From: an uncultured Methanosarcinales archaeon
GTDB taxonomy: Archaea > Nanobdellota > Nanobdellia > Woesearchaeales > JACJVW01
Assembly (NCBI GenBank): GCA_964473285.1
Contig: CAYYOI010000002.1
Span: 1 to 62,277 of the forward strand
Reading direction: 5' to 3'
Length of the DNA stretch: 62,277 nt
This document shows, piece after piece, positions 18,590 through 27,142 of the stretch. The notes under the pieces are model-generated. The model made no database searches and was not told the DNA's origin. It saw only the letters and a program-made list of their open reading frames with translations. Within the stretch, counting starts at the first letter, position 1, and the number at the start of each line of letters is the position of its first letter. The translations under genes were made by a program, and so were the position numbers.

Positions 18590-19710
18590 GGGCTCAGGTG
18601 TATATGGTCTTTGTGGCTATCTATTAAGGAAGCATATTGGGCTTGTGTGCAAGGTGTTTTTCCCTTGTAACACTTATCATTATCAGGACCATAAAATTCT
18701 CCATCCAAGTTCTTCTTATAATAATCAGCTATGAGTTCATAGCAATCTCCAAAAGTTTCTCCCCTGCCATCATAATACTCGTATGCGTATACAATCTTAC
18801 CATCCTTGTCCCTGCATCTGGAGATATCGGCAGCATTTCCAATGTAATGGTTGCTTGTATCTGAATGACTACCGGTGGAGATTGAAGAGATATAAAGTCT
18901 TGCCTTGCAATCCTCATGGCCTTTACATTCCTGGTCATGCCATGCCTCTCCAAGGTCCAGAAGAACGCTGGCTAACTCTTTGGTCATGGCATTACCATCC
19001 TTTGCATCTGAAGCGATTTCAAGATGATTTGCAAGGGGGTCCTTGATCGAGTAAAGGGTGCTGAAATCCTCTTTTGGGAATAAGGCGCATGCACCAGGAG
19101 TGCTTCGTTCCTCGTTTGTACAAGAAGGTGAATGCAATGCAGTGGCTTGATCATAATCAACAATAGGGGGTGAGACCATACCACCATAACTTTGGACTGA
19201 TTTTGTAGTGATACCTTTTCTCAGGGTTACACCAGGGCCTACGATATCAAACCTGGTGGTGTCAGAAATATCAAGATTTGCAAAAGAGAGGGAATCAATT
19301 CCTGCTTCCTCCAGGACATCAAAGAAAAGCTCATTGAAGTAGGATTCTGTTGCAGAGTTAGGAGACTCTGGTGCGCACTCTTCAAAGGATTTATCCTCTG
19401 TCTGCCAGAGCTGGTATCCCTGGTATTGTCCACAATCTTTGCCTTTTGCCTGGGTGCCCTGAGAAGGTTTGACCCATCCTTTGCTTGCGGCAAGCTCTAA
19501 GGCCTGCTTGAGGAAGGATTGGGTATGCATCTGCAGGAATGCCTCTTTGTCCGCTGCTTCCTGGTATTGCTGATAAATTGAGAATTGCTGGTGACCGAGG
19601 TTATAATCTATTTTCTCATCCTTATTGCTTGCAACAGAGTAGATCTGAACCATTATTATAATTACAACTAGGACAATTCCTACATGAAATATCATCCCTT
19701 TCTTGTTCAT
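18586..19710 (-). CDS. pilin-like-anchored protein with C-terminal LAS/M15-type zinc peptidase motifs
   Basis: N-terminus MNKKG|MIFHVGIVLVVIIIMVQIY. The C-terminus has SNHYIGNAAD (H-x6-D) and HKDHIHLS (HxH), as in VanY/M15 peptidoglycan peptidases. Confidence 0.5.
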   Translation of the reverse strand: MNKKGMIFHVGIVLVVIIIMVQIYSVASNKDEKIDYNLGHQQFSIYQQYQEAADKEAFLQMHTQSFLKQALELAASKGWVKPSQGTQAKGKDCGQYQGYQLWQTEDKSFEECAPESPNSATESYFNELFFDVLEEAGIDSLSFANLDISDTTRFDIVGPGVTLRKGITTKSVQSYGGMVSPPIVDYDQATALHSPSCTNEERSTPGACALFPKEDFSTLYSIKDPLANHLEIASDAKDGNAMTKELASVLLDLGEAWHDQECKGHEDCKARLYISSISTGSHSDTSNHYIGNAADISRCRDKDGKIVYAYEYYDGRGETFGDCYELIADYYKKNLDGEFYGPDNDKCYKGKTPCTQAQYASLIDSHKDHIHLSP

Positions 19711-20303
19711 TTTTTTACATACTCTACTCTTAGAGTTACATTTATCGGTGTTCCATCATTTAACAAGATGGTTTTTGAGACTATATCTGGTGTCGAAAAA
19801 TAATTTTTGCATGACCCTTTTCCTCTAAACACATTTTCTGAAAATATCCTGCCTTTTGGTTTTTGGTGCCTTCCAAACTCGTCCGTAGGATTATTCGGAT
19901 CATTACTGGTATGCTTCTCCTTATTAAAATAGATTATATAGGTTGCGATGCAGTCAATGAATTCCTTGTCTTCTGTAACTACGTCCGTAAAGGTATGTTC
20001 AGAAAAATCCAGGATATCCTGGACTTTGCCCTTAAAGGAAGTGATATTTTGCTTGCACGCCTTCCCAGCGGAACATGCTTCATAAGTTTTTGAGTAATGG
20101 TCCCTGATATTCATGCCATCAACTTCTGTCCTGAGGATATTATTCAGCATCATGTCCATTGTAAGATGCCTGGATTCTTCTTCTATGTTAAACTCTATTG
20201 GGGTGTTTGGGCTATAAAGCAAAAAGAAGATGATGAAAACAACTATAAGTGCGATAACTGACATAACAAGTACTGCTGATTCTGAGACTTGTCCTTTCTT
20301 CAT
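19707..20303 (-). CDS. pilin-like hypothetical protein
   Basis: MKKG|QVSESAVLVMSVIALIVVFIIFFLLY is a class III-type signal. ATGA-type overlaps on both sides. Confidence 0.6.
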   Translation of the reverse strand: MKKGQVSESAVLVMSVIALIVVFIIFFLLYSPNTPIEFNIEEESRHLTMDMMLNNILRTEVDGMNIRDHYSKTYEACSAGKACKQNITSFKGKVQDILDFSEHTFTDVVTEDKEFIDCIATYIIYFNKEKHTSNDPNNPTDEFGRHQKPKGRIFSENVFRGKGSCKNYFSTPDIVSKTILLNDGTPINVTLRVEYVKK

Positions 20304-20809
20304 TGTTTCACCACTGTTATAGCCAATCTTCCTGGGTCTAGTGAACCTTTATCATTTACGAGTACATAAATGGATTGCCTGACTTTTGTTACAGATCCAG
20401 GACCTTTCCCACTATATGATATAGGCTCAAGTTTCATATAGGCCTTCTTATTATAATAAATTGTGTCTGTAGAATCTTTTTTTATTAGCTCAATCTTTGC
20501 AGCTATGTGGTCCTCGAAATCACTGCTATAGTTTATTGCAGATTCATCAAACCTGCTAAAATCTATTATTCCTGGCTGCATCTTGTCAAGGACAGAATCA
20601 TAATGGGAGATTCCATGGGGTGTATAAAGAAGGCGATGGATGAAAAGGGTGGCTTCAACCTCTCTAGTATCCACTTTTTCATTTACTGTTGAATTCAGAA
20701 TCATGACCATGGCTACACCTATGATAAGTATCATGAAGAGTTTCCATATGTAATATACTCCTGTAAGGGAGACACTACCCTTTGTAAAATTCAGTAATCC
20801 CATCTGCAA
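20300..20809 (-). CDS. membrane-anchored hypothetical protein
   Basis: FTKG|SVSLTG followed by a TM helix. Start uncertain: ATG 20809 or 20803 overlaps the upstream gene; ATG 20734 is an alternative. Confidence 0.5.
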   Translation of the reverse strand: MQMGLLNFTKGSVSLTGVYYIWKLFMILIIGVAMVMILNSTVNEKVDTREVEATLFIHRLLYTPHGISHYDSVLDKMQPGIIDFSRFDESAINYSSDFEDHIAAKIELIKKDSTDTIYYNKKAYMKLEPISYSGKGPGSVTKVRQSIYVLVNDKGSLDPGRLAITVVKQ

Positions 20810-21677
20810 TTGTCTGCCAGATATCTTTTATCTTTTTGTTTTCCTTTAGTATCGAATCATCATTGAGAACATTACCTATTTCAAGACTTACAAATGAAGC
20901 ACCAGGTTTTCTCTCAACCCTGACCTGGTTTGCTCCCAATTTCAGGTTTGCCTGTTCAAATCTTTCCTTTAGTATACAGGAGAGTTTCCTTGCCCTTGAA
21001 TCTGTCTGATCATAGGAGATTATTATCGGAGTTACTGTCTTTTGACCCATTCCTGCCTTCATCTCAATCAAAAGATCATAGTTTTGAAAATCTTGCTTGT
21101 CCTGTGTGGGATCCTCAGAAGTAAGTTTCACATTGGCATTAAGATAACCTTTGACATTATCTGCCAGGACCCACATGATATCCTCATCAACACCTTTCTC
21201 TGCTTTGTGAGGGTCAAGCACAATGAGATTTTTCTTCCAATCAGGATCTTTTGTATCAAGGGATTTGCTACAGGTAGAGGCTCCTGTATCCTCTGCGATA
21301 TATACCCTGTTCTTATTCTCCAGGTAAATCCTGGAGGGGTTCTCCATATCCTCTGCCCTGAAAGGAATAAGATCATTTTTTGCAAAGGGATAGTATATCT
21401 TGGAGTCATCCTCTACTGTCACACGGTCTTTGAAAGAGAAGGAAAACTTTGAAAGGTCAACCTTGCTAGGATCATAAAGGTAACTTATCTCATAGGGAGA
21501 TGCAGAGATTGTATCTACCAGAAGAGCAAGGTCTTTTGAAAGGTAGGTCTTCTCATGATAAGTGCTATCCTCATAAGCATTGATTCTTAACAGCATGAAA
21601 ACCAAAAGTGCAGCGATCAAGATCAGGTCAAGAATATAAACCAACATAGCTTCTTGGTTTCCAGTATCGCTGTCCAT
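20775..21677 (-). CDS. membrane-anchored protein with Amidase_3 (MurNAc-L-Ala amidase)-like C-terminal domain
   Basis: N-terminal TM helix. Residues 150-298 (IVLDPHKAEKG..DEDIMWVLADNV..DLLIEMKAG..SFVSLEIGNVLNDD..IADGITEFY) follow the Amidase_3 pattern (xDxGH, E, SxHxN, vExGf, iA.gI..y), but the second His position is Lys. Confidence 0.4.
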   Translation of the reverse strand: MDSDTGNQEAMLVYILDLILIAALLVFMLLRINAYEDSTYHEKTYLSKDLALLVDTISASPYEISYLYDPSKVDLSKFSFSFKDRVTVEDDSKIYYPFAKNDLIPFRAEDMENPSRIYLENKNRVYIAEDTGASTCSKSLDTKDPDWKKNLIVLDPHKAEKGVDEDIMWVLADNVKGYLNANVKLTSEDPTQDKQDFQNYDLLIEMKAGMGQKTVTPIIISYDQTDSRARKLSCILKERFEQANLKLGANQVRVERKPGASFVSLEIGNVLNDDSILKENKKIKDIWQTIADGITEFYKG

Positions 21678-21714
21678 GAGAGAGGCTTGGAAGACTGAGT
21701 TTATATGATTTTTG

Positions 21715-23274
21715 CTATTGGCAACCTGAGTCTGTGCATTTTCCTACAATACAGGCTTCTATCTCTTTATTATCTGGACCATGCTCACATATGCACAAGG
21801 TTTGCACATCCATTTGCTTAATGCACATAGTAAGGTCACATATCTCCTGAAGTGAATCATCATATTCATTTTCGAACGTCTTACATTTTTGATATAGTTC
21901 TTCATAGGTATGTTTTTTATCCTCATCTTTATAGAGTTCGTAGAGTTTTTTGATACCTTCATCAGTCAGAAACCTTAATTCTTTTGCATACCCATAAGCC
22001 TGAGGTTTAATGTATTTATCTCCCTCATCTGACCACCAGCCCTCATAATATTTTTCCTTTTCTTTCTCTAAGGAATCCACCTGCTTTTCAGAAAGTCCAA
22101 ACAAGCCCTTGAACATAATTATGTCAGCATGATTCAATGATGATTTAGACATTGCCTCAATTATAATATCAATATCATCTTTTGTAAGATCATTGATAGT
22201 ATCAAGATCGGTTCCAAAATTCAACCAAAAGTCCTTCCAATTGTTTTCCCAGACAAAAGGCCTGAAATGGTCATGGATGAAGGTCTCTTCTGATCTGGAG
22301 GTTTCACTAAGAGCCTTTTCCAATTCTTCTTCATGTCCTTTCTGTACCTTTACCTTTTCATTCAATTCTTTGATCTCTTGGGTAAGCTTTTTTTTCTTGC
22401 CCTTTTCATTGTAGAGTTCTTTGCGGTATTCAATGAAATAATCATTGAAATCATTAGTCAAGTCAAGAGGTGCCAAAAGGATATAGGTAGTGCCCTGGTA
22501 TTCCATCTTTTCCAGATAAAGATTTCGATTGCCAAAAAAAGCCTCAACCTTTTTTCCGTTGTTACCCAGGTTTTGAGAGCCATCCCACCAACCATATCTT
22601 TGAAAGCCTAACAAAAAAAGATAGCCATAAGAACCAGCCCATTCATCTGAGAAATCAGCAAGGGAAATATCTTTATTTTTACCCTGATTCTGGGGAGGAA
22701 AACTCTGAGTCAGTTCATCAAATCCAATATTCTCTTCCTTCTTAAGAATATCCAGTAATCCATCAGTCTGGTCGCCAAACCTATCAAAAGTGTAGCCTGC
22801 TAATATTATTTCTTCTTTAAATACCCGGCAGTTAACTATATCTTCTTTCTTGATAAGACATATACAAGCACTATTACCGCATTCAACAGGCCTTTCAACT
22901 TTTTTATTATTGATGAAATTCCAATCATCACGAAAGCTGTTTTTTATTGGTGCTATCATCTGCTTGTCTGTCGTATATCTTAACTCAAAGGTGTCGGCAA
23001 AAAATTGGGTAGTAGGGTCATGATTCTTATCAAAGCCAATGATTGAATAACCTTCTTCAAGGGTTATGGGGATTACATTCTGGCGGAAAGTGTCAGTTGA
23101 ATCGATCAACCCATTGATATTTTGAGTAAGGACATTGAAGCTTTTTTCTGTCGGTCCATCTACACCAAAAACATTGGAGAGAAAACCAAAAATCGGTGTG
23201 AAGAGAACGAATATCAGGATTGCGGCCAATGTAAGGCCAACAACCTCACTCATTACCATCTGGGCCTTAGCCAT
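21715..23274 (-). CDS. large pilin-like hypothetical protein
   Basis: MAKA|QMVMSEVVGLTLAAILIFVLF class III-like N-terminus, 519 aa, central K/E coiled coil, Cys-rich C-terminus (CICEHG..CIVGKCTDSGC). Confidence 0.6.
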   Translation of the reverse strand: MAKAQMVMSEVVGLTLAAILIFVLFTPIFGFLSNVFGVDGPTEKSFNVLTQNINGLIDSTDTFRQNVIPITLEEGYSIIGFDKNHDPTTQFFADTFELRYTTDKQMIAPIKNSFRDDWNFINNKKVERPVECGNSACICLIKKEDIVNCRVFKEEIILAGYTFDRFGDQTDGLLDILKKEENIGFDELTQSFPPQNQGKNKDISLADFSDEWAGSYGYLFLLGFQRYGWWDGSQNLGNNGKKVEAFFGNRNLYLEKMEYQGTTYILLAPLDLTNDFNDYFIEYRKELYNEKGKKKKLTQEIKELNEKVKVQKGHEEELEKALSETSRSEETFIHDHFRPFVWENNWKDFWLNFGTDLDTINDLTKDDIDIIIEAMSKSSLNHADIIMFKGLFGLSEKQVDSLEKEKEKYYEGWWSDEGDKYIKPQAYGYAKELRFLTDEGIKKLYELYKDEDKKHTYEELYQKCKTFENEYDDSLQEICDLTMCIKQMDVQTLCICEHGPDNKEIEACIVGKCTDSGCQ

Positions 23275-23734
23275 CGCAATCCCCTGCTATGAATCTAAAG
23301 GTATTGGAGTTAGTTTCATCAGTACACTCGCTTCCTTCAAGAACATAATCCTCACAAGAGCTATCCATACCATCTTTACCAACGCCGCATTGAGTTTCTC
23401 TTCCTTCTAACCTATGCCTGCATGTTACCTTGTCTGGATCATCTCTTGTCTCTTCTGTTTCACAGGCATCAGCCATACCATCACCATCAGTGTCAATTGT
23501 ACTATCTCCATCAATACAGGGATCACATGTATCTGGATAGCCGTCCCCATCACAATCTGGAAGGTCATTGACCATTATCTCTGATTCCTTGCAACCATCC
23601 AATTGATTCTTGACCTTGATAGGATCCAGAACAGCAGAAGAAGTGTCTAGCACCTTACTTTTTATCATAGATCCTGCGAAAAAAATGATTACTATAGCCA
23701 AAATGAGCCCAACAATCTGTCCAAAACCCATCAC
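23267..23734 (-). CDS. pilin-like protein with thrombospondin type-3-like Ca-binding Asp/Cys repeats
   Basis: MMGFG|QIVGLILAIVIIFFAG N-terminus, then DCDGDGYPDTCDPCIDGDSTIDTDGDGMADACE (DxDxDGxxDxxDxC-type repeats). Confidence 0.55.
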   Translation of the reverse strand: MMGFGQIVGLILAIVIIFFAGSMIKSKVLDTSSAVLDPIKVKNQLDGCKESEIMVNDLPDCDGDGYPDTCDPCIDGDSTIDTDGDGMADACETEETRDDPDKVTCRHRLEGRETQCGVGKDGMDSSCEDYVLEGSECTDETNSNTFRFIAGDCDG

Positions 23735-23735
23735 A

Positions 23736-23993
23736 TCACCCTATGGCTTTGCAGCACTTGATTATGTCTCCTTTCTTCTCTGTATCGTCGCCAGTATATT
23801 TCCCTGGTACCAATAACTGACCAGGACCACAGTCGCTTGAGGTTTGCTCTTCAGGGCATTCATAAGAAGTGGAAGTGTCAAAAAGACCAAATCGATCATT
23901 CATTATATACAAGGAGAACGCCAATATGACAAGCATTATGATCATCCCTACAATCATCTGCATAGAAAGACCTACACCTTTCTTTGTATTCAT
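23736..23993 (-). CDS. Cys-rich mini-pilin (paralog E)
   Basis: ATG 23993 forms an ATGA overlap with the upstream stop. MNTKKG|VGLSMQMIVGMIIMLVILAF; 4 Cys; ends ..GDIIKCCKAIG. Confidence 0.7.
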   Translation of the reverse strand: MNTKKGVGLSMQMIVGMIIMLVILAFSLYIMNDRFGLFDTSTSYECPEEQTSSDCGPGQLLVPGKYTGDDTEKKGDIIKCCKAIG

Positions 23994-24250
23994 TCTACAC
24001 AACACCTTACATAAGCTCCTTCATCATGTCCATCATAGGGTTCTTTCAGTTGGATAATCTCTATTTTTCCCTCGCATTCACCATCTATGGCTTTTTCATA
24101 ATCCTCGCTGGAACAGTCTTTGGAGTCTGTAGCTTCTGTAAATACCCTTGCCTTGTCACCAAATATGAAAAGGATTACGACAAGCACGGCCATAGCTACA
24201 ATAGCTATGATTATGAAATTGATTGAAATAGATATTCCTTTCTTCATCAA
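23990..24250 (-). CDS. Cys-rich mini-pilin (paralog D)
   Basis: MMKKG|ISISINFIIIAIVAMAVLVVILFIF. The N-terminal ~30 aa are near-identical to paralog C. Ends ..YVRCCVE. Confidence 0.7.
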   Translation of the reverse strand: MMKKGISISINFIIIAIVAMAVLVVILFIFGDKARVFTEATDSKDCSSEDYEKAIDGECEGKIEIIQLKEPYDGHDEGAYVRCCVE

Positions 24251-24531
24251 TAATCACCCATTGGTACACAACATTTGACAACATCGCCTTTCTCTGCAGT
24301 TTCTTCTAATTCTTTGCATTCTGTTCTCAAAGGGCGACTGTTTATCACCTGCCCTTCCGGGCAATCGTTTTCTTCTGCAGCCTTAGCATCAGGACACTCG
24401 CAGTATTTGGTGGTAGCACTTGTAAACACCTGCGCCTTGTTATTGAATATGAAAAGAATGACAACCAAAACAGATATAGCAATGATTGCAATGATGATGA
24501 AATTGATTGAAATGGATATTCCTTTCTTCAT
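24247..24531 (-). CDS. Cys-rich mini-pilin (paralog C)
   Basis: MKKG|ISISINFIIIAIIAISVLVVILFIF; 6 Cys; ends ..GDVVKCCVPMGDY. Confidence 0.7.
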   Translation of the reverse strand: MKKGISISINFIIIAIIAISVLVVILFIFNNKAQVFTSATTKYCECPDAKAAEENDCPEGQVINSRPLRTECKELEETAEKGDVVKCCVPMGDY

Positions 24532-24569
24532 GAGAGACCTTAAAATTCTGCCATTAATAAAATTTACTG

Positions 24570-25025
24570 TTAATGGCTATGATGGTTGCATGGACCATTG
24601 CAGGGTCTGACGCAATGCTGGGAAAAGATACAGTCAAAATCTTTGAAATCACAGCATGTCCAATCTTCTTTATCTGCTTCAAGATTCTTTGTGATCTCAG
24701 GATAATCTTCAAGTTTCTTTATATATTCCTCTGCCTTGTTTTCTTTCTCGAGCGCTAGATAGGAGAGGGCAATGTAGAGGTTGGCCTCATGATATATATC
24801 TCCTGATAATTCATCCATTCTTTTAAATATCTGGATAGCTTCTGAATATTCTGCTTTAGAGTAAAGTTTCTTGCCTTCTTTCATTAAATCAAGATATTTT
24901 TCCTGTGTCTCTGAGATCTGCGGATCTATACCAAAGGTGAATTTATTAAATAGCCAGCTTCCTGCAGCAACAATCAATATTCCGATTACAAGCCACATGA
25001 GCATATTGTATGTCTGTCCTTTCAT
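24570..25025 (-). CDS. pilin-like-anchored TPR-like protein
   Basis: ATG 25025 gives MKG|QTYNMLMWLVIGILIVAAGSWLF (the track uses TTG 25034). The helical-repeat segment AEYSEAIQIFKRM..ANLYIALSYLALEKENKAEEYI is TPR-like. Cys-rich tail. Confidence 0.55.
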   Translation of the reverse strand: MKGQTYNMLMWLVIGILIVAAGSWLFNKFTFGIDPQISETQEKYLDLMKEGKKLYSKAEYSEAIQIFKRMDELSGDIYHEANLYIALSYLALEKENKAEEYIKKLEDYPEITKNLEADKEDWTCCDFKDFDCIFSQHCVRPCNGPCNHHSH

Positions 25026-25026
25026 T

Positions 25027-25167
25027 CTACCCAAAACTGAATATGCTTGTTCCTACCTGCATAAGGATAGGAGTGTATTTCCAGACCAAATAAACTGTGA
25101 ATGCAATCCCCAGCAATACAAAAAAAATCTTTACTATGTTATCTGTCAGAATATTTCCCTTGTCCAT
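25027..25167 (-). CDS. unannotated 46-aa single-TM micro-ORF
   Basis: Hand translation: MDKGNILTDNIVKIFFVLLGIAFTVYLVWKYTPILMQVGTSIFSFG*. The ATG directly follows the upstream TGA (25168-25170), and the stop is 1 nt before the next ATG. Below the track size cutoff. Confidence 0.5.
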   Translation of the reverse strand: MDKGNILTDNIVKIFFVLLGIAFTVYLVWKYTPILMQVGTSIFSFG

Positions 25168-26031
25168 TCAATCACCTTGCTTTGATGGAAAGTAATCACA
25201 TTGCAACTCTTTAAAGCTTTCGCCTGTATGCTCACGAAGAAGGACCATTGCCAAATGTGCCTCTTCACCTCCTAAATAAGTTTTAATCGCACTGGTAGCC
25301 CCTGCTATGAGACCTACTGCACCTGAAATTGCAATTGTAACTAATCCAACCCCTCCTGTAACAACTGTAACCAATACATAGCCGGTTACTGCGGCTGCAC
25401 CTGCGCCTGTACCTATCCCTATAATTGCAGTAGTTTGCTTTTTGCCAAGGGTGTTTATCCAGTTTTCAATCGTACTTGTCCCTTTGGCATAGACAAACAC
25501 GATAGAATAATCCTTGGCTGTATCTATTACCTTATCATCGATCTGTTTCGCATTTTGATTTTCAATGTATTTATGAGCGAGGGAACTCTCATAATTCATG
25601 AGATAATCCATATAAGTTATGGTATCATTGTATTTAGTCTGGGCGAGATAGGTTGAAAATCCATCTATCTCTTTTTCCTCTTTGAAGCTTAAAATGGAAC
25701 ATACAGAGCAATAGACTTGCCTTTTTTCAAAGATCTCCGGCTTTCCTCTCAAAAAATTATCCCAACAGGTGACCATCTCATCAGCAATGGCTTTTTTTAT
25801 GTCTGAATCCTTTTTAGCATCAATCTCCACTTCTTTGGTTGGGCACTTGAGTTCCTGTGGCTCAAGCTGGGCGCCTTTTATGTGCATGAGTTCCATGGTC
25901 TTGACACTGGAGCGGCACATCTTATCCTCATGGTTCAATGAATCAGAGGCAAATATTGTGTTGTAGAAGCCAAATATGACTAGTAGGACCATCACGATTG
26001 CAAACACTTTATGTATAAGTTCAAAATACAT
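25168..26031 (-). CDS. membrane protein, paralog of 26035..26760 with Gly/Ala-rich TM segment
   Basis: N-terminal TM helix. A Cys-patterned domain is shared with the upstream ORF. Contains TAIIGIGTGAGAAAVTGYVLVTVVTGGVGLVTIAISGAVGLIAGA. Confidence 0.6.
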   Translation of the reverse strand: MYFELIHKVFAIVMVLLVIFGFYNTIFASDSLNHEDKMCRSSVKTMELMHIKGAQLEPQELKCPTKEVEIDAKKDSDIKKAIADEMVTCWDNFLRGKPEIFEKRQVYCSVCSILSFKEEKEIDGFSTYLAQTKYNDTITYMDYLMNYESSLAHKYIENQNAKQIDDKVIDTAKDYSIVFVYAKGTSTIENWINTLGKKQTTAIIGIGTGAGAAAVTGYVLVTVVTGGVGLVTIAISGAVGLIAGATSAIKTYLGGEEAHLAMVLLREHTGESFKELQCDYFPSKQGD

Positions 26032-26034
26032 TTT

Positions 26035-26760
26035 TCAGTTAGCCAGGAATGTACAGCCATAATCGTCTAATTCTTTAGGAAGGATAAAGTCAATAATAGC
26101 ATAATTCTCATTATCTAAAGCCCACCCGGTAATGAAATTTCCTACTCTGCCAACAGTATTTTCTTTATCCAACCAACGGCCGGTTCCATCATGTACATAC
26201 AATAGATAATATTCCTTATCAAGATCTATTTCTTTCTTATAATCAAAATCTTCTGAGTTCGCTGATTTGGTGAGATAGTCTGCATAAGTTGTACAGTTAT
26301 CACACATGCGAGTTGATTTAAGATATTCTCCAAAATCGATCTTATCTACCTCATTTGCAAGGGATTTCTCGAACTTGATCTCAGCACATATGAGGCATGC
26401 CCTGGTACCCTCAAATCTTTCCTGCCGGAAGGGATTTATTTTTCCTTCTCCAGTCATGTAGTTACAAATACGGGCCTCTTCTGCCAGAAGATGAGATATA
26501 TCAGTTTTTATAACATCCCCTTTCTTTTCGACATCACTTTTTTCAATCTCCAGCTCATAGCGTGGACAGTCAAAATCAATTGCTATCTTGTTCCCTGCCA
26601 ATTTTGTGTTTGCAGCTGCAAGAATGCTGAACTTGCATAACTCAATCTGCTCCTTTCGGCTTGCTTCACCAGTAAATCCATTGATAAAAGCAAACATGAC
26701 AACGACTGTGAGAAGAATTGCAATCATCTTTACCATCTGAGAATTGACCTGAGCTTTCAT
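26035..26760 (-). CDS. pilin-like hypothetical protein, paralog of 25168..26031
   Basis: MKA|QVNSQMVKMIAILLTVVVMFAF. Shared pattern C..CP..E(V/L)EI..C..ACLICAEIKFEK..DYL. Confidence 0.6.
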   Translation of the reverse strand: MKAQVNSQMVKMIAILLTVVVMFAFINGFTGEASRKEQIELCKFSILAAANTKLAGNKIAIDFDCPRYELEIEKSDVEKKGDVIKTDISHLLAEEARICNYMTGEGKINPFRQERFEGTRACLICAEIKFEKSLANEVDKIDFGEYLKSTRMCDNCTTYADYLTKSANSEDFDYKKEIDLDKEYYLLYVHDGTGRWLDKENTVGRVGNFITGWALDNENYAIIDFILPKELDDYGCTFLAN

Positions 26761-26858
26761 AGTCCCATAAAAATCTTGACAGCAATGGTCAAAACAATCG
26801 CCATGAGCATCGCCATTGCGATCATCATTATTGTCTGGCTCTTAAGCTGCCCTTTCAT
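26757..26858 (-). CDS. unannotated 33-aa pilin-stub micro-ORF
   Basis: Hand translation: MKG|QLKSQTIMMIAMAMLMAIVLTIAVKIFMGL*. Its stop TGA overlaps the ATG of the downstream gene (ctATGA). It consists only of a class III-like leader plus hydrophobic helix. Confidence 0.5.
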   Translation of the reverse strand: MKGQLKSQTIMMIAMAMLMAIVLTIAVKIFMGL

Positions 26859-26890
26859 AGAGTTATACCGAAAAATAGAATATATAAATG

Positions 26891-27142
26891 TTACGACCCT
26901 GCACTATAGACAGGTATACAGCAGACATTAGCACAATTAGTGTTTGAAGAGTCTCCTACTTTTGCCTCGTTGGAATAGCAGCCATCTTCCCTGCACGTTC
27001 CGCCTTGATTTTCACAGGAACGTAATTCTGTGCCGAATATCTGGCTTCTACCGGAAAAGATTATCGCAATCACTACCAGCACAAGCAAGGCAATCGCAGC
27101 AATTATAATAGTATTTAAAGAAAGACTTTGTGCCTTCCTCAT
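26891..27142 (-). CDS. Cys-rich mini-pilin (paralog B)
   Basis: MRKA|QSLSLNTIIIAAIALLVLVVIAIIF; 6 Cys; ..CANVCCIPVYSAGS. Confidence 0.7.
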   Translation of the reverse strand: MRKAQSLSLNTIIIAAIALLVLVVIAIIFSGRSQIFGTELRSCENQGGTCREDGCYSNEAKVGDSSNTNCANVCCIPVYSAGS

